Shown here piece by piece: positions 38,701 to 53,700 of a stretch of DNA of 64,000 bases (position 1 is the stretch's first letter; every line of letters starts with the position of its first letter). This DNA comes from Eledone cirrhosa (lineage: Eukaryota), in the NCBI GenBank assembly GCA_964016885.1, contig OZ024751.1:52328001-52392000 (forward strand), given 5' to 3'. A program made the translations under genes and the position numbers. The notes beneath the pieces were generated by a model. The model searched no databases and was not told the origin of the DNA. It was given only the letters and a program-made list of their open reading frames with translations.

Positions 38701-41700
38701 GGGGGTTGGGGTGTTACTGTGGTGGTGGTGTGTTACAGTGGAGATATAGCTGTACTGTGGTGGGGTGGGGTGGGTGGTTACTGTGATGGTGGTGTGTTAC
38801 AGTGGAGATATAGCTGTACTGTGGTGGGGGGTGGGGTGTCACTGTGATGGTGGTGTGTTACAGTGGAGATATAGTTGTGGTGGGGGGTGGGGTGTTACTG
38901 TGATGGTGGTGTGTTACAGTGGAGATATAGCTGTACTGTGGTGGGGGTGGGGTGTTACAGTGGAGGTGGGGGTGTTACTGTGATGGTGGTGTGTTACAGT
39001 GAAGATATAGCTGTACTGTGGTGGGGGTGGGGGTGTTACTGGGATGGTGGTGTGTTACAGTGAAGATATAGCTGTACTGTGGCGGGGGTGGGGTGTTACT
39101 GTGATGGTGGTGTGTTACAGTGGAGATATAGCTGTACTGTGGTGGGGGGTGGGGTGTCACTGTGATGGTGGTGTGTTACAGTGGAGATATAGTTGTGGTG
39201 GGGGGTGGGGTGTTACTGTGATGGTGGTGTGTTACAGTGGAGATATAGCTGTACTGAGGTGGGGGTGGTGTGTTACAGTGGAGGTGGGGGTGTTACTGTG
39301 ATGGTGGTGTGTTACAGTGGAGATATAGCTGTACTGTGGTGGGGGTGGGGGTGTTACTGTGATGGTGGTGTGTTACAGTGAAGATATAGCTGTACTGTGG
39401 GGGGTGGGGGTGTTACTGTGATGGTGGTGTGTTACAGTGGAGATATAGCTGTACTGAGGTGGGGGTGGTGTGTTACAGTGGAGGTGGGGGTGTTACTGTG
39501 ATGGTGGTGTGTTACAGTGAAGATATAGCTGTACTGTGGTGGGGGTGTTACTGTGGTGGTGGTGTGTTACAGTGGAGATCTAGCTGTACTGTGGTGGGGG
39601 TGGGGGTGTTACTGTGATGGTGGTGTGTTACAGTGGAGATATAGCTGTACTGTGGTGGGGGTGGGGGTGTTACTGGGATGGTGGTGTGTTACAGTGAAGA
39701 TATAGCTGTACTGTGGTGGGGGTGGGGGTGTTACTGTGATGGTGGTGTGTTACAGTGGAGATATAGCTGTACTGTGGTGGGGGTGGGGTGTTACTGTGAT
39801 GGTGGTGTGTTACAGTGAAGATATAGCTGTACTGTGGTGGGGGTGGGGGTGTTACTGGGATGGTGGTGTGGTACAGTGGAGATATAGCTGTACTGTGGTG
39901 GGGGTGGGGGGGTTACTGTGATGGTGGTGTGTTATAGTGGAGATATAGCTGTACTGGGGTGTTACTGTGGAGATATAGCTGTACTGTGGTGGGGGTGGGG
40001 GGTTACTGTGATGGTGTGTTATAGTGGAGATATAGCTGTGGTGGGGGTGGGGTGTTACTGTGGTGGTGGTGTGTTACAGTGGAGATATAGCTGTACTGTG
40101 GTGGGGGTGGGGGTGGGGGTGTGTTACAGTGGAAATATAGCTGTACTGTGGTGGGGGTGGGGGTGTTACTGTGGTGGTGGTGTGTTACAGTGGAGATATA
40201 GCTGTACTGTGGTGGGGGTGGGGGTGTTATTGTGGTGGTGGTGTGTTACAGTGGAGATATAGCTGTACTGTGGTGGGGGTGTTACTGTGGTGGTGGTGTG
40301 TTACAGTGGAGATATAGCTGTACTGTGGTGGGGGTGGGGGTGTTATTGTGGTGGTGGTGTGTTACAGTGGAGATATAGCTGTACTGTGGTGAGGGTGGGC
40401 GTGTTACTGTGGTGCTGGTGTGTTACAGTGGAGATCTAGCTGTACTGTGGTGGGGTATGGGGGTGTTACTGTCATTGGGGTGTGTTACAGTGGAGATATA
40501 GCGGAACTGTGGTGGGTGTGGGGGGGGGGTACTGTGATGGTGGTGTGTTACAGTGGAGATATAGCGGAACCGTGGTGGGTGTGGGCGGGTGGGGTTACTG
40601 TGATGGTGGTGTGTTACAGTGGAGATATAGCTGTACTGTGGTGGGGTGGGGGGGTTACTGTGATGGTGGTGTGGTATAGTGGAGATATAGTTGTACTGGG
40701 GTGGGGGTGTTACTGTGATGGTGGTGTGTTACAGTGGAGATATAGCGGAACTGTGGTGGGTGTGTGTGTGTGGGGGGGGTTACTGTGATGGTGGTGTGTT
40801 ACAGTGGAGATATAGCTGTACAATGGTGGAGGTGGGGGTGTTACTGTGATGGTGGTGTGTTATAGTGGAGATATAGCTGTACTGTGGTGGGGGTGGGTGG
40901 TTACTGTGATGGTGGTGTGTTACAGTGGAGATATAACTGTACTGTGGTGGGGGTGGGGGTGTTTCTGTGATTGTGGTGTGTTACAGTGGAGATATAGCTG
41001 TACTGTGGTGGGGGTGGGGGTGTTACTGTAATTGTGGTGTGTTACAGTGGAGATATAGCTGTACTGTGGTGGGGGTTGGGGTGTTACTGTGGTGGTGGTG
41101 TGTTACAGTGGAGATATAGCTGTACTGTGGTGGGGTGGGGTGGGTGGTTACTGTGATGGTGGTGTGTTACAGTGGAGATATAGCTGTACTGTGGTGGGGG
41201 GTGGGGTGTCACTGTGATGGTGGTGTGTTACAGTGGAGATATAGTTGTGGTGGGGGGTGGGGTGTTACTGTGATGGTGGTGTGTTACAGTGGAGATATAG
41301 CTGTACTGTGGTGGGGGTGGGGTGTTACAGTGGAGGTGGGGGTGTTACTGTGATGGTGGTGTGTTACAGTGAAGATATAGCTGTACTGTGGTGGGGGTGG
41401 GGGTGTTACTGGGATGGTGGTGTGTTACAGTGAAGATATAGCTGTACTGTGGCGGGGGTGGGGTGTTACTGTGATGGTGGTGTGTTACAGTGGAGATATA
41501 GCTGTACTGTGGTGGGGGGTGGGGTGTCACTGTGATGGTGGTGTGTTACAGTGGAGATATAGTTGTGGTGGGGGGTGGGGTGTTACTGTGATGGTGGTGT
41601 GTTACAGTGGAGATATAGCTGTACTGAGGTGGGGGTGGTGTGTTACAGTGGAGGTGGGGGTGTTACTGTGATGGTGGTGTGTTACAGTGGAGATATAGCT

Positions 41701-44700
41701 GTACTGTGGTGGGGGTGGGGGTGTTACTGTGATGGTGGTGTGTTACAGTGAAGATATAGCTGTACTGTGGGGGGTGGGGGTGTTACTGTGATGGTGGTGT
41801 GTTACAGTGGAGATATAGCTGTACTGAGGTGGGGGTGGTGTGTTACAGTGGAGGTGGGGGTGTTACTGTGATGGTGGTGTGTTACAGTGAAGATATAGCT
41901 GTACTGTGGTGGGGGTGTTACTGTGGTGGTGGTGTGTTACAGTGGAGATCTAGCTGTACTGTGGTGGGGGTGGGGGTGTTACTGTGATGGTGGTGTGTTA
42001 CAGTGGAGATATAGCTGTACTGTGGTGGGGGTGGGGGTGTTACTGGGATGGTGGTGTGTTACAGTGAAGATATAGCTGTACTGTGGTGGGGGTGGGGGTG
42101 TTACTGTGATGGTGGTGTGTTACAGTGGAGATATAGCTGTACTGTGGTGGGGGTGGGGTGTTACTGTGATGGTGGTGTGTTACAGTGAAGATATAGCTGT
42201 ACTGTGGTGGGGGTGGGGGTGTTACTGGGATGGTGGTGTGGTACAGTGGAGATATAGCTGTACTGTGGTGGGGGTGGGGGGGTTACTGTGATGGTGGTGT
42301 GTTATAGTGGAGATATAGCTGTACTGGGGTGTTACTGTGGAGATATAGCTGTACTGTGGTGGGGGTGGGGGGTTACTGTGATGGTGTGTTATAGTGGAGA
42401 TATAGCTGTGGTGGGGGTGGGGTGTTACTGTGGTGGTGGTGTGTTACAGTGGAGATATAGCTGTACTGTGGTGGGGGTGGGGGTGGGGGTGTGTTACAGT
42501 GGAAATATAGCTGTACTGTGGTGGGGGTGGGGGTGTTACTGTGGTGGTGGTGTGTTACAGTGGAGATATAGCTGTACTGTGGTGGGGGTGGGGGTGTTAT
42601 TGTGGTGGTGGTGTGTTACAGTGGAGATATAGCTGTACTGTGGTGGGGGTGTTACTGTGGTGGTGGTGTGTTACAGTGGAGATATAGCTGTACTGTGGTG
42701 GGGGTGGGGGTGTTATTGTGGTGGTGGTGTGTTACAGTGGAGATATAGCTGTACTGTGGTGAGGGTGGGCGTGTTACTGTGGTGCTGGTGTGTTACAGTG
42801 GAGATCTAGCTGTACTGTGGTGGGGTATGGGGGTGTTACTGTCATTGGGGTGTGTTACAGTGGAGATATAGCGGAACTGTGGTGGGTGTGGGGGGGGGGG
42901 GGGGTACTGTGATGGTGGTGTGTTACAGTGGAGATATAGCGGAACCGTGGTGGGTGTGGGCGGGTGGGGTTACTGTGATGGTGGGTGTGTTACAGTGGAG
43001 ATATAGCTGTACTGTGGTGGGGTGGGGGGGTTACTGTGATGGTGGTGTGGTATAGTGGAGATATAGTTGTACTGGGGTGGGGGTGTTACTGTGATGGTGG
43101 TGTGTTACAGTGGAGATATAGCGGAACTGTGGTGGGTGTGTGTGTGTGGGGGGGGTTACTGTGATGGTGGTGGTGTTACAGTGGAGATATAGCTGTACAA
43201 TGGTGGAGGTGGGGGTGTTACTGTGATGGTGGTGTGTTATAGTGGAGATATAGCTGTACTGTGGTGGGGGTGGGTGGTTACTGTGATGGTGGTGTGTTAC
43301 AGTGGAGATATAACTGTACTGTGGTGGGGGTGGGGGTGTTTCTGTGATTGTGGTGTGTTACAGTGGAGATATAGCTGTACTGTGGTGGGGGTGGGGGTGT
43401 TACTGTAATTGTGGTGTGTTACAGTGGAGATATAGCTGTACTGTGGTGGGGGTTGGGGTGTTACTGTGGTGGTGGTGTGTTACAGTGGAGATATAGCTGT
43501 ACTGTGGTGGGGTGGGGTGGGTGGTTACTGTGATGGTGGTGTGTTACAGTGGAGATATAGCTGTACTGTGGTGGGGGTGGGGGTGTTACTGTGATGGTGG
43601 TGTGTTACAGTGGAGATATAGCTGTACTGTGGTGGGGGTGGGGGTGTTACTGTGATTGTGGTGTGTTACAGTGGAGATATAGCTGTACTGTGGTGGGGGT
43701 GGGGGTGTTACTGTGATTGTGGTGTGTTACAGTGGAGATATAGCTGTACTGTGGTGGGGGTGGAGGTGTTACTGTGGTGGTGGTGTGTTACAGTGGAGAT
43801 ATAGCTGTACTGTGGTGGGGGTGGGGGTGTTACTGTGGTGGTGGTGTGTTACAGTGGAGATATAGCTGTACTGTGGTGGGGTGGGGGTGGGTGGTTACTG
43901 TGATGGTGGTGTGTTACAGTGGAGATATAGCTGTACTGTGGTGGGGGTGGGGGTGTTACTGTGATTGTGGTGTGTTACAGTGGAGATATAGCTGTACTGT
44001 GGTGGGGGTGGAGGTGTTACTGTGGTGGTGGTGTGTTACAGTGGAGATATAGCTGTACTGTGGTGGGGGTGGGGGTGTTACTGTGGTGGTGGTGTGTTAC
44101 AGTGGAGATATAGCTGTACTGTGGTGGGGTGGGGGTGGGTGGTTACTGTGGTGGTGGTGTGTTACAGTGGAGATATAGCTGTACTGTGGTGGGGTGGGGT
44201 GGGTGGTTACTGTGATGGTGGTGTGTTACAGTGGAGATATAGCTGTGGTGGGGGTGTTACTGTGGAGATATAGCTGTACTGTGGTGGGGGGTGGGGTGGG
44301 GGGTTACTGTGATGGTGGTGTGTTACAGTGGAGATATAGCTGTACTGTGGTGGGGGTGGGGGTGTTACTGTGATGGTGGTGTGTTACAGTGGAGATATAG
44401 CTGTACTGTGGTGGGGGTGGGGGTGTTACTGTGATTGTGGTGTGTTACAGTGGAGATATAGCTGTACTGTGGTGGGGGTGGGGGTGTTACTGTGATTGTG
44501 GTGTGTTACAGTGGAGATATAGCTGTACTGTGGTGGGGGTGGGGGTGTTACTGTGATTGTGGTGTGTTACAGTGGAGATATAGCTGTACTGTGGTGGGGG
44601 TGGGGTTTTACTGTGATGGTGGTGTGTTACAGTGGAGATATAGCTGTACTGTGGTGGGGGTGTTACTGTGCTTGTGGTGTGTTACATTGGAGATATAGCT

Positions 44701-47700
44701 GTACTGTGGTGGGGGTGGGGGTGTTACTGTGGTGGTGGTGTGTTACAGTGGAGATATAGCTGTACTGTGGTGGGGGTGGGGCTGTTACTGTGGTGGTGGT
44801 GTGTTACAGTGGAGATATAGCTGTACTGTGGTGGGGGTGGGCGTGTTACTGTGATTGTGGTGTGTTACAGTGGAGATATAGCTGTACTGTGGTGGGGGTG
44901 GGGGGGTTACTGTGATTGTGGTGTGTTACAGTGGAGATATAGCTGTACTGTGGTGGGGGGTGGGGTGTTACTGTGATGGTGGTGTGTTATAGTGGAGATA
45001 TAGCTGTACTGTGGTGGGCGTGGGGGTGTTACTGTGATGGTGGTGTGTTACAGTGGAGATATAGCTGTGGTGGGGGCAGGGCTGTTACTGTGATGGTGGT
45101 GTGTTACGGTGGAGATATAGCCGTACTGTGGTGGGGGTGGGGGGTTACTGTAATGGTGGTGTGTTACAGTGGAGATATAGCTGTGGTGGGGGGTGGGGTG
45201 TTACTGTGATGGTGGTGTGGTATAGTGGAGATATAGCTGTACTGTGGTGGGGGTGGGGGTGTTACTGTGATGGTGGTGTGTTACAGTGGAGAAATAGCTG
45301 TACTGTGGTGGGGGGTGGGGGTGTTACTGTGATGGTGGTGTGAAACAGTGGAGAAATAGCTCTACTGTGGAGGGGGGTGGGGGTGTTACTGTAATGGTGG
45401 TGTGTTACAGTGCAGATATAGCTGTACTGTGGTGGGGGGTGGGGGTGTTACTGTGATGGTGGTGTGTTATAGTGGAGATATAGCTGTGGTGGAGGTGGGG
45501 ATGTTACTGTGATGGTGGTGTGTTACAGTGGAGATATAGCTGTGGTGGAGGTGGGGGTGTTACTGTGATGGTGGTGTGTTACAGTGGAGATATAGCTGTG
45601 GTGGAGGTGGGGATGTTACTGTGATGGTGGTGTGTTACAGTGGAGATATAGCTGTACTGTGCTGGGGGGTGGAGGTGTTACTGTGATGGTGGTGTGTTAC
45701 AGTGGAGAAATAGCTCTACTGTGGAGGGGGGTGGGGGGTGTTACTGTAATGGTGGTGTGTTACAGTGCAGATATAGCTGTACTGTGATGGGGGGTGGGGG
45801 TGTTACTGTGATGGTGGTGTGTTACAGTGGAGATATAGCTGTACTGTGGTGGGGTGGGGGTGTTACTGTGATGGTGGTGTGTTACAGTGGAGATATAGCT
45901 GTACTGTGGTGGGGGTGGGGGTGTTACTGTGATGGTGGTGTGTTACAGTGGAGATATAGCTGTACTGTGGTGGGCGTGGGGGTGTTACTGTGATGGTGGT
46001 GTGTTACAGTGGAGATATAGCTGTACTGTGGTGGGCGTGGGGGTGTTACTGTGATGGTGGTGTGTTACAGTGGAGATATAGCTATACTGTGGTGGGGGGT
46101 GGGGTGTTAGTGTGATGGTGGTGTGTTACAGTGGAGATATAGCGGAACTGTGGTGGGTGTGGGGGGGGTTACTGTGATGGTGGTGTGTTACAGTGGAGAT
46201 ATAGCGGAACTATGGTGGGTGTGGGGGGGGGTTTACTGTGATGGTGGTGTGTTACAGTGGAGATATAGCTGTACTGTGGTGAGGGGTGGGATGTTACTGT
46301 GATGGTGGTGTGTTACAGTGGAGATACAGCGGAACTGTGGTGGGTGTAGGGGGGGGGGGGTTACTGTGATGGTGGTGTGTTACAGTGGAGATATAGCTGT
46401 ACTGTGGTGGGGGGTGGGGTGTTACTGTGATGGTGGTGTGTTACAGTGGAGATATAGCTGTACTGTGGTGAGCGGTGGGGTGTTACAGTGGAGATATAGC
46501 TGTACTGTGGTTGTGGGGGGTGTTACTGTGATGGTGGTGTGTTACAGTGGAGATATAGCGGAACTGTGGTGGGTGTAGGGGGGGGGGGGGGTTACTCTGA
46601 TGGTGGTGTGTTACATTGGAGATATAGCTGTACTGTGGTGGGGGGTGGGGGTGTTACTGTGATGGTGGTGTGTTACAGTGGAGATATAGCTGTACTGTAG
46701 TGGGGGTGGGGGTGTTTCTGTGATGGTGGTGTGTTACAGTGGAGATATAGCTGTACTGTGGTGGGGGGGTGGGGGTTACTGTGATGGGGGTGTGTTACAG
46801 TGGAGATATAGCTGTACTGTGGTGGGGGTGGGGGTGTTACTGTGATGGTGGTGTGTTACAGTGGAGATATAGCGGAACCGTGGTGGGGGGGGGGGTTACT
46901 GTGATGGTGGTGTGTTACAGTGGAGATATAGCTGTACTGTGGTGGGGGTGGGGGTGTTACTGTAATGGTGGTGTGTTACAGTGGAGATATAGCTGTACTG
47001 TGGTGGGGGGTGGGGGTGTTACTGTGATGGTGGTGTGTTATAGTGGAGATATAGCTGTACTGTGGTGTGGGTGGGGGTGTTACTGTGGTGGTGGTGTGTT
47101 ACAGTGGAGATATAGCTGTACTGTGGTGGGGGGTGGGGGTGTTACTGTGATGGTGGTGTGTTACAGTGGGGATATAGCTGTACTGTGGTGGGGGAGGGGG
47201 TGTTACTGTGATGGTGGTGTGTTACAGTGGAGATATAGCTGTACTGTGGTGGGGGGTGGGGGTTACTGTGATGGTGGTGTGTTACAGTGGAGATATAGCG
47301 GAACTGTGGCGGGTGGGGGGGGGCCTTACTGTGATGGTGGTGTGTTACGGTGGAGATAAAGCTGTACTGTGTGGGGGGTGGGGTGTTGCTGTGATGGTGG
47401 TGTGTTACAGTGGAGATATAGCTATTCTGTGGTGCGGGTGGGGTGTTACTGTGATGGTGGTGTGTTACAGTGGAGATATAGCTGTACTGTGGTGGGGGGT
47501 GGGGTGTTAGTGTGATGGTGGTGTGTTACAGTGGAGATATAGCTGTACTGTATGGGGGGTGGGGTGTTGCTGTGATGGTGGTGTGTTACAGTGGAGATAT
47601 AGCTATTCTGTGGTGGGGGTGGCGTGTTACTGTGATGGTGGTGTGTTACAGTGGAGATATAGCTGTACTGTGGTGGGGGTGGGGGGGTTACTGTGATGGT

Positions 47701-50700
47701 GGTGTGTTACAGTGGAGATATAGCTGTACTGTGTGGGGGGTGGGGTGTTGCTGTGATGGTGGTGTGTTACAGTGGAAATATAGCTGTACTGTGGTGGGGG
47801 AGGGGATATTACTGTGATGGTGGTGTGTTACAGTGGAGATATAGCTGTACTGTGGTGGGGGGGGGGGGGGGGGTTACTGTGATGGGGGGTGTGTTACAGT
47901 GGAGATATAGCTATTCTGTGGTGGGGGTGGTGTGTTACTGTGATGGTGGTGTGTTACATTGGAAATATAGCTGTACTGTGGTGGGGGAGGGGGTGTTACT
48001 GTGATGGTGGTGTGTTACAGTGGAGATATAGCGGAACCGTGGTGGGTGTGTGGGGGGGGGGGTTACTGTGATGGTGGTGTGTTACAGTGGAGATATAGCT
48101 GTACTGTGGTGAGGGGTGGGATGTTACTGTGATGGTGGTGTGTTACAGTGGAGATATAGCGGAACTGTGGTGGGTGTAGGGGTGTTACTGTGATGGTGGT
48201 GTGTTATAGTGGAGATATAGCTGTACTGTGGTGGGCGTGGGGGTGTTATTGTGATGGTGGTGTGTTACAGTGGAGATATAGCTGTACTGTGGTGGGGGTG
48301 GGGGTGTTACTGTGATGGTGGTGTGTTACAGTGGAGATATAGCTGTACTGTGGTGGGGGGTGGGGTGTTAGTGTGATGGTGGTGTGTTACAGTGGAGATA
48401 TAGCTGTACTGTGTGGGGGGTGGGGGGTTGCTGTGATGGTGGTGTGTTACAGTGGAAATATAGCTGTACTGTGGTGGGGGAGGGGGTGTTACTGTGATGG
48501 TGGTGTGTTACAGTGGAGATGTAGCTGTACTGTGGTGGGGGGTGGGGGTGTTACTGTGATGGTGGTGTGTTACAGTGGAGATATAGCTGTACTGTGGTGG
48601 GGGAGGGGGTGTTACTGTGATGGTGGTGTGTTACAGTGGAGATATAGCTGTACTGTGGTAGGGGGGGGGGGGTTACAGTGGAGATATAGCTATTCTATGG
48701 TGGGGGTGGGGTGTTACTGTGATGATGGTGTGTTACAGTGGAGATCTAGCTGTACTGTGGTGGGGTGTGGGGGTGTTACTGTGATGGTGGTGTGTTACAG
48801 TGGAAATATAGCTGTACTGTGGTGGGGGTGGGGGTTACTGTGATGGGGGTGTGTTACAGTGGAGATATAGCTGTACTGTGGTGGGGGTGTTACTGTGATG
48901 GTGGTGTGTTACAGTGGAGATATAGCGGAACCGTGGTGGGTGTGGGGGGGGGGTTACTGTGATGGTGGTGTGTTACAGTGGAGATATAGCTGTACTGTGG
49001 TGGGGGTGGGGGTGTTACTGTGATGGTGGTGTGTTACAGTGGAGATATAGCGGAACCGTGGTGGGTGGGGGGGGGGGTTACTGTGGTGGTGGTGTGTTAC
49101 AGTGGAGATATAGCTGTACTGTGGTGGGGGTGGGGGTGTTACTGTGATGGTGGTGTGTTATAGTGGAGATATAGCTGTACTGTGGTGGGGGGTGAGGTGA
49201 TACTGTGATGGTGGTGTGTTATAGTGGAGATATAGCTGTACTGTGGTGGGGGTGGGGGTGTTACTTTGATGGTGGTGTGTTACAGTGGAGAAATAGCTCT
49301 ACTGTGGTGGGGGGTGGGGGTGTTACTGTGATGGTGGTGTGTTACAGTGGAGATATAGCTGTGGTGGGGGCGGTGGTGTTACTGTGATGGTGGTGTGTTA
49401 CAGTGGAGATATAGCTGTACTGTGGTGGGGGGTGGGGGTGTTACTTTGATGGTGGTGTGTTACAGTGGAGATATAGCTGTACTGTGGTGTGGGTGGGGGT
49501 GTTACTGTGATGGTGGTGTGTTACAGTGGAGATATAGCTGTACTGTGGTGGGGGGTGGGGGTGTTACTGTGATGGTGGTGTGTTATAGTGGAGATATGGC
49601 TGTACTGTTGTGGGGGTGGGGGTGTTACTGTGATGGTGGTGTGTTACAGTGGAGATATAGCTGTGGTGGGGGCGGGGGTGTTACTGTGATGGTGGTGTGT
49701 TACAGTGGAGATATAGCTGTACTGTGGTGGGGGTGGGGGTGTTACTGTGATGGTGGTGTGTTACAGTGGAGATATAGCTGTGGTGGGTGTGGGGGGGGGT
49801 TGCTACTGTGATGGTGGTGTGTTATAGTGGAGATATAGCTGTACTGTGGTGGGGGTGGGGGTGTTACTGTGATGGTGGTGTGTTACAGTGGAGATATAGC
49901 TGTACTGTGGTGGGGGGTGGGTTATTACTGTGATGGTGGTGTGTTATAGTGGAGATATAGTTGTACTGTGGTGGGGGTGGGGGTGTTACTGTGATGGTGG
50001 TGTGTTACAGTGGAGATATAGCTGTACTGTGGTGGGGGGTGGGGTGTCACTGTGATGGTGGTGTGTTACAGTGGAGATATAGTTGTGGTGGGGGGTGGGG
50101 TGTTACTGTGATGGTGGTGTGTTACAGTGGAGATATAGTTGTACTGTGGTGGGGGTGGGGGTGTTACTGTGATGGTGGTGTGTTATAGTGGAGATATAGC
50201 TGTACTGTGGTGGGGGGTGGGGGTGTTACTGTGATGGTGGTGTGTTACAGTGGAGATATAGCTGTACTGTGGTGGGGGGTGGGGTGTTACTGAGATGGTG
50301 GTGTGTTACAGTGGAGATATAGCTGTACTGTGGTGAGGGGTGGGGTGTTACTGTGATGGTGGTGTGTTACAGTGGAGATATAGCTGTACTGTGGTGGGGG
50401 TGGGGTGTTACTGTGATGGTGGTGTGTTACAGTGGAGATATAGCTGTACTGTGGTGGGGGGTGGGGTGTTACTGAGATGGTGGTGTGTTACAGTGGAGAT
50501 ATAGCTGTACTGTGGTGAGGGGTGGGGTGTTACAGTGGAGATATAGCGGAAATGTGGTGGGTGTGGGGGGGGGTTACTGTGATGGTGGTGTGTTACAGTG
50601 GGGATATAGCGGAACTATGGTGGGTGTGGGGGGGGGGGGGTTACTGTGATCGTGGTGTGTTATAGTGGAGATATAGCTGTACTGTGGTGGGGGTGGGGGT

Positions 50701-53700
50701 GTTACTGTGATGGTGGTGTGTTACAGTGGAGATATAGTTGTACTGTGGTGGGGGTGGGGGTGTTACTGTGATGGTGGTGTGTTACAGTGGAGATATAGCT
50801 GTACTGTGGCGGGGGAGGGGGTGTTACTGTGATGGTGGTGTGTTACAGTGGAGATATAGCTGTGGTGGGGGAGGGGATGTTACTGTGATGGCGGTGTGTT
50901 ACAGTGGAGATATAGCTGTACTGTGGTGGGGGGTGGGTTGTTACTGTGATGGTGGTGTGGTACAGTGGAGATATAGCTGTACTGTGGTGGGGTGTTGGGG
51001 TGTTACTGTGATGGTGGTGTGTTACAGTGGAGATATAGTTGTGGTGGGGGGTGGGGTGTTACTGTGATGGTGGTGTGTTACAGTGGAGATATAGCTGTAC
51101 TGTGGTGGGGGTGGGGTGTTACTGTGATGGTGGTGTGTTACAGTGGAGATATAGTTGTACTGTGGTGGGGGTGGGGGTGTTACTGTGATGGTGGTGTGTT
51201 ATAGTGGAGATATAGTTGTACTGTGGTGGGGGTGGGGGTGTTACTGTGATGGTGGTGTGTTACAGTGGAGATATAGCTGTACTGTGGTGGTGGGTGGGGT
51301 GTCACTGTGATGGTGGTGTGTTACAGTGGAGATATAGTTGTGGTGGGGGGTGGGGTGTTACTGTAATGGTGGTGTGTTACAGTGGAGATATAGCTGTACT
51401 GTGGTGGGGGTGGGGTGTTACTGTGATGGTGGTGTGTTACAGTGGAGATATAGTTGTACTGTGGTGGGGGTGGGGGTGTTACTGTGATGGTGGTGTGTTA
51501 TAGTGGAGATATAGCTGTACTGTGGTGGGGGGTGGGGGTGTTACTGTGATGGTGGTGTGTTACAGTGGAGATATAGCTGTACTGTGGTGGGGTGTTGGGG
51601 TGTTACTGTGATGGTGGTGTGTTACAGTGGGGATATAGCTGTACTGTGGTGGGGGTAGGGGTGTTACTGTGGTGGTGGTGTGTTACAGTGGAGATGTAGC
51701 TGTACTCTGGTCGGGGTGGGGGTGTTACTGTGGTGGTGGTGTGTTACAGTGGAGATATAGCTGTACTGTGGTGGGGTTGGGGGTTTTACTGTGGTGGTGG
51801 TGTGTTACAGTGGAGATCTAGCTGTACTGTGGTGGGGTATGGGGGTGTTACTGTGGTGGTGGTGTGTTACAGTGGAGATATAGCTGTACTGTGGTGGGGG
51901 GGGGGTTTACTGTGATGGTGGTGTGTTATAGTGGAGATATAGTTGTACTGTGGTGGGGGGTGGGGGTGTTACTGTGATGGTGGTGTGTTACAGTGGAGAT
52001 ATAGCTGTACTGTGGTGGGGTGTTGGGGTGTTACTGTGATGGTGGTGTGTTACAGTGGAGATATAGCTGTACTGTGGTGGGGATGGGGGTGTTACTGTGG
52101 TGGTGGTGTGTTACAGTGGAGATATAGTTGTACTGTGGTGGGGGTGGGGGTGTTACTGTGATGGTGGTGTGTTACAGTGGAGATATAGCTGTACTGTGGT
52201 GGGGTGTTGGGGTGTTACTGTGATGGTGGTGTGTTACAGTGGAGATATAGCTGTACTGTGGTGGGGATGGGGGTGTTACTGTGGTGGTGGTGTGTTACAG
52301 TGGAGATCTAGCTGTACTGTGGTGGGGTATGGGGTGTTACTGTGGTGGTGGTGTGTTACAGTGGAGATATAGCTGTACTGTGGTGGGTGGGAGTGTTACT
52401 GTGGTGGTGGTGTGTTACAGTGGAGATATAGATGTACTGTGGTGGGGGTGGGGCTGTTACTGTGGTGGTGGTGTGTTACAGTGGAGATATAGTTGTACTG
52501 TGGTGGGGGTTGGGGTGTTACTGTGGTGGTGGTGTGTTACAGTGGAGATATAGCTGTACTGTGGTGGGGTGTGGGGTGTTACTGTGATGGTGGTGTGTTA
52601 CAGTGGAGATCTAGCTGTACTGTGGTGGGGGTGTTACTATGGTGGTAGTGTGTTACAGTGGAGATATAGCTGTACTGTAGTGGGGGTGTGTTACAGTGGA
52701 GATCTAGCTGTACTGTGGTGGGGTGTGGGGGTGTTACGGTGATGGTGGTGTGTTACAGTGGAGATCTAGCTGTACTGTGGTGGCGGGTGGGGGGGTTACT
52801 GTGATGGTGGTGTGTTACAGTGGAGATCTAGCTGTACTGTGGTGGGGTGGGGGTGTTACTGTGGTGGTGGTGTGTTACAGTGGAGATATAGCTGTACTGT
52901 GGTGGGGTGTGAGGGTGTTACTGTGATGGTGGTGTGTTACAGTGGAGATATAGCTGTACTGTGGTGGGGGGTGGGGGTGTTACTGTGATGGTGGTGTGTT
53001 ACAGTGGAGATCTAGCTGTACTGTGGTGGGGGTGGGGGGGTTACTGTGGTGGTGGTGTTACAGTGGAGATATAGCTGTACTGTGGTTGGGGTGGGGGTGT
53101 TACTGTTGTGGTGGTGTGTTACAGTTGAGATATAGCTGTACTGTGGTGGGGTGTGGGGGGGTTACTGTGGTGGTGGTGTGTTACAGTGGAGATCTAGCTG
53201 TACTGTGATGGTGGTGTGTTACAGTGGAGATATAGCTGTACTGTGGTGGGGGGTGGGGGGGTTACTGTGATGGTGGTGTGTTACAGTGGAGATATAGCTG
53301 TACTGTGGTGGGGTGTGGGGGGGTTACTGTGGTGGTGGTGTGTTACAGTGGAGATATAGCTGTACTGTGATGGTGGTGTGTTACAGTGGAGATATAGCTG
53401 TACTGTGGTGGGGTGTGGGGGGGTTACTGTGGTGGTGGTCTGTTACAGTGGAGATATAGCTGTACTGTGGTGGGGGTGGGGTTGTTACTGTGATGGTGTT
53501 GTGTTACAGTGGAGATATAGCTGTACTGTGGTGGGGTGTGGGGGGGTTACTGTGATGGTGGTGTGTTACAGTGGAGATATAGCTGTACTGTGGTGGGGGT
53601 GTTACTGTGATGGTGGTGTGTTACAGTGGAGATATAGCTGTACTGTGGTGGGGTGTGGGGGGTTACTGTGATGGTGGTGTGTTACAGTGGAGATATAGCT

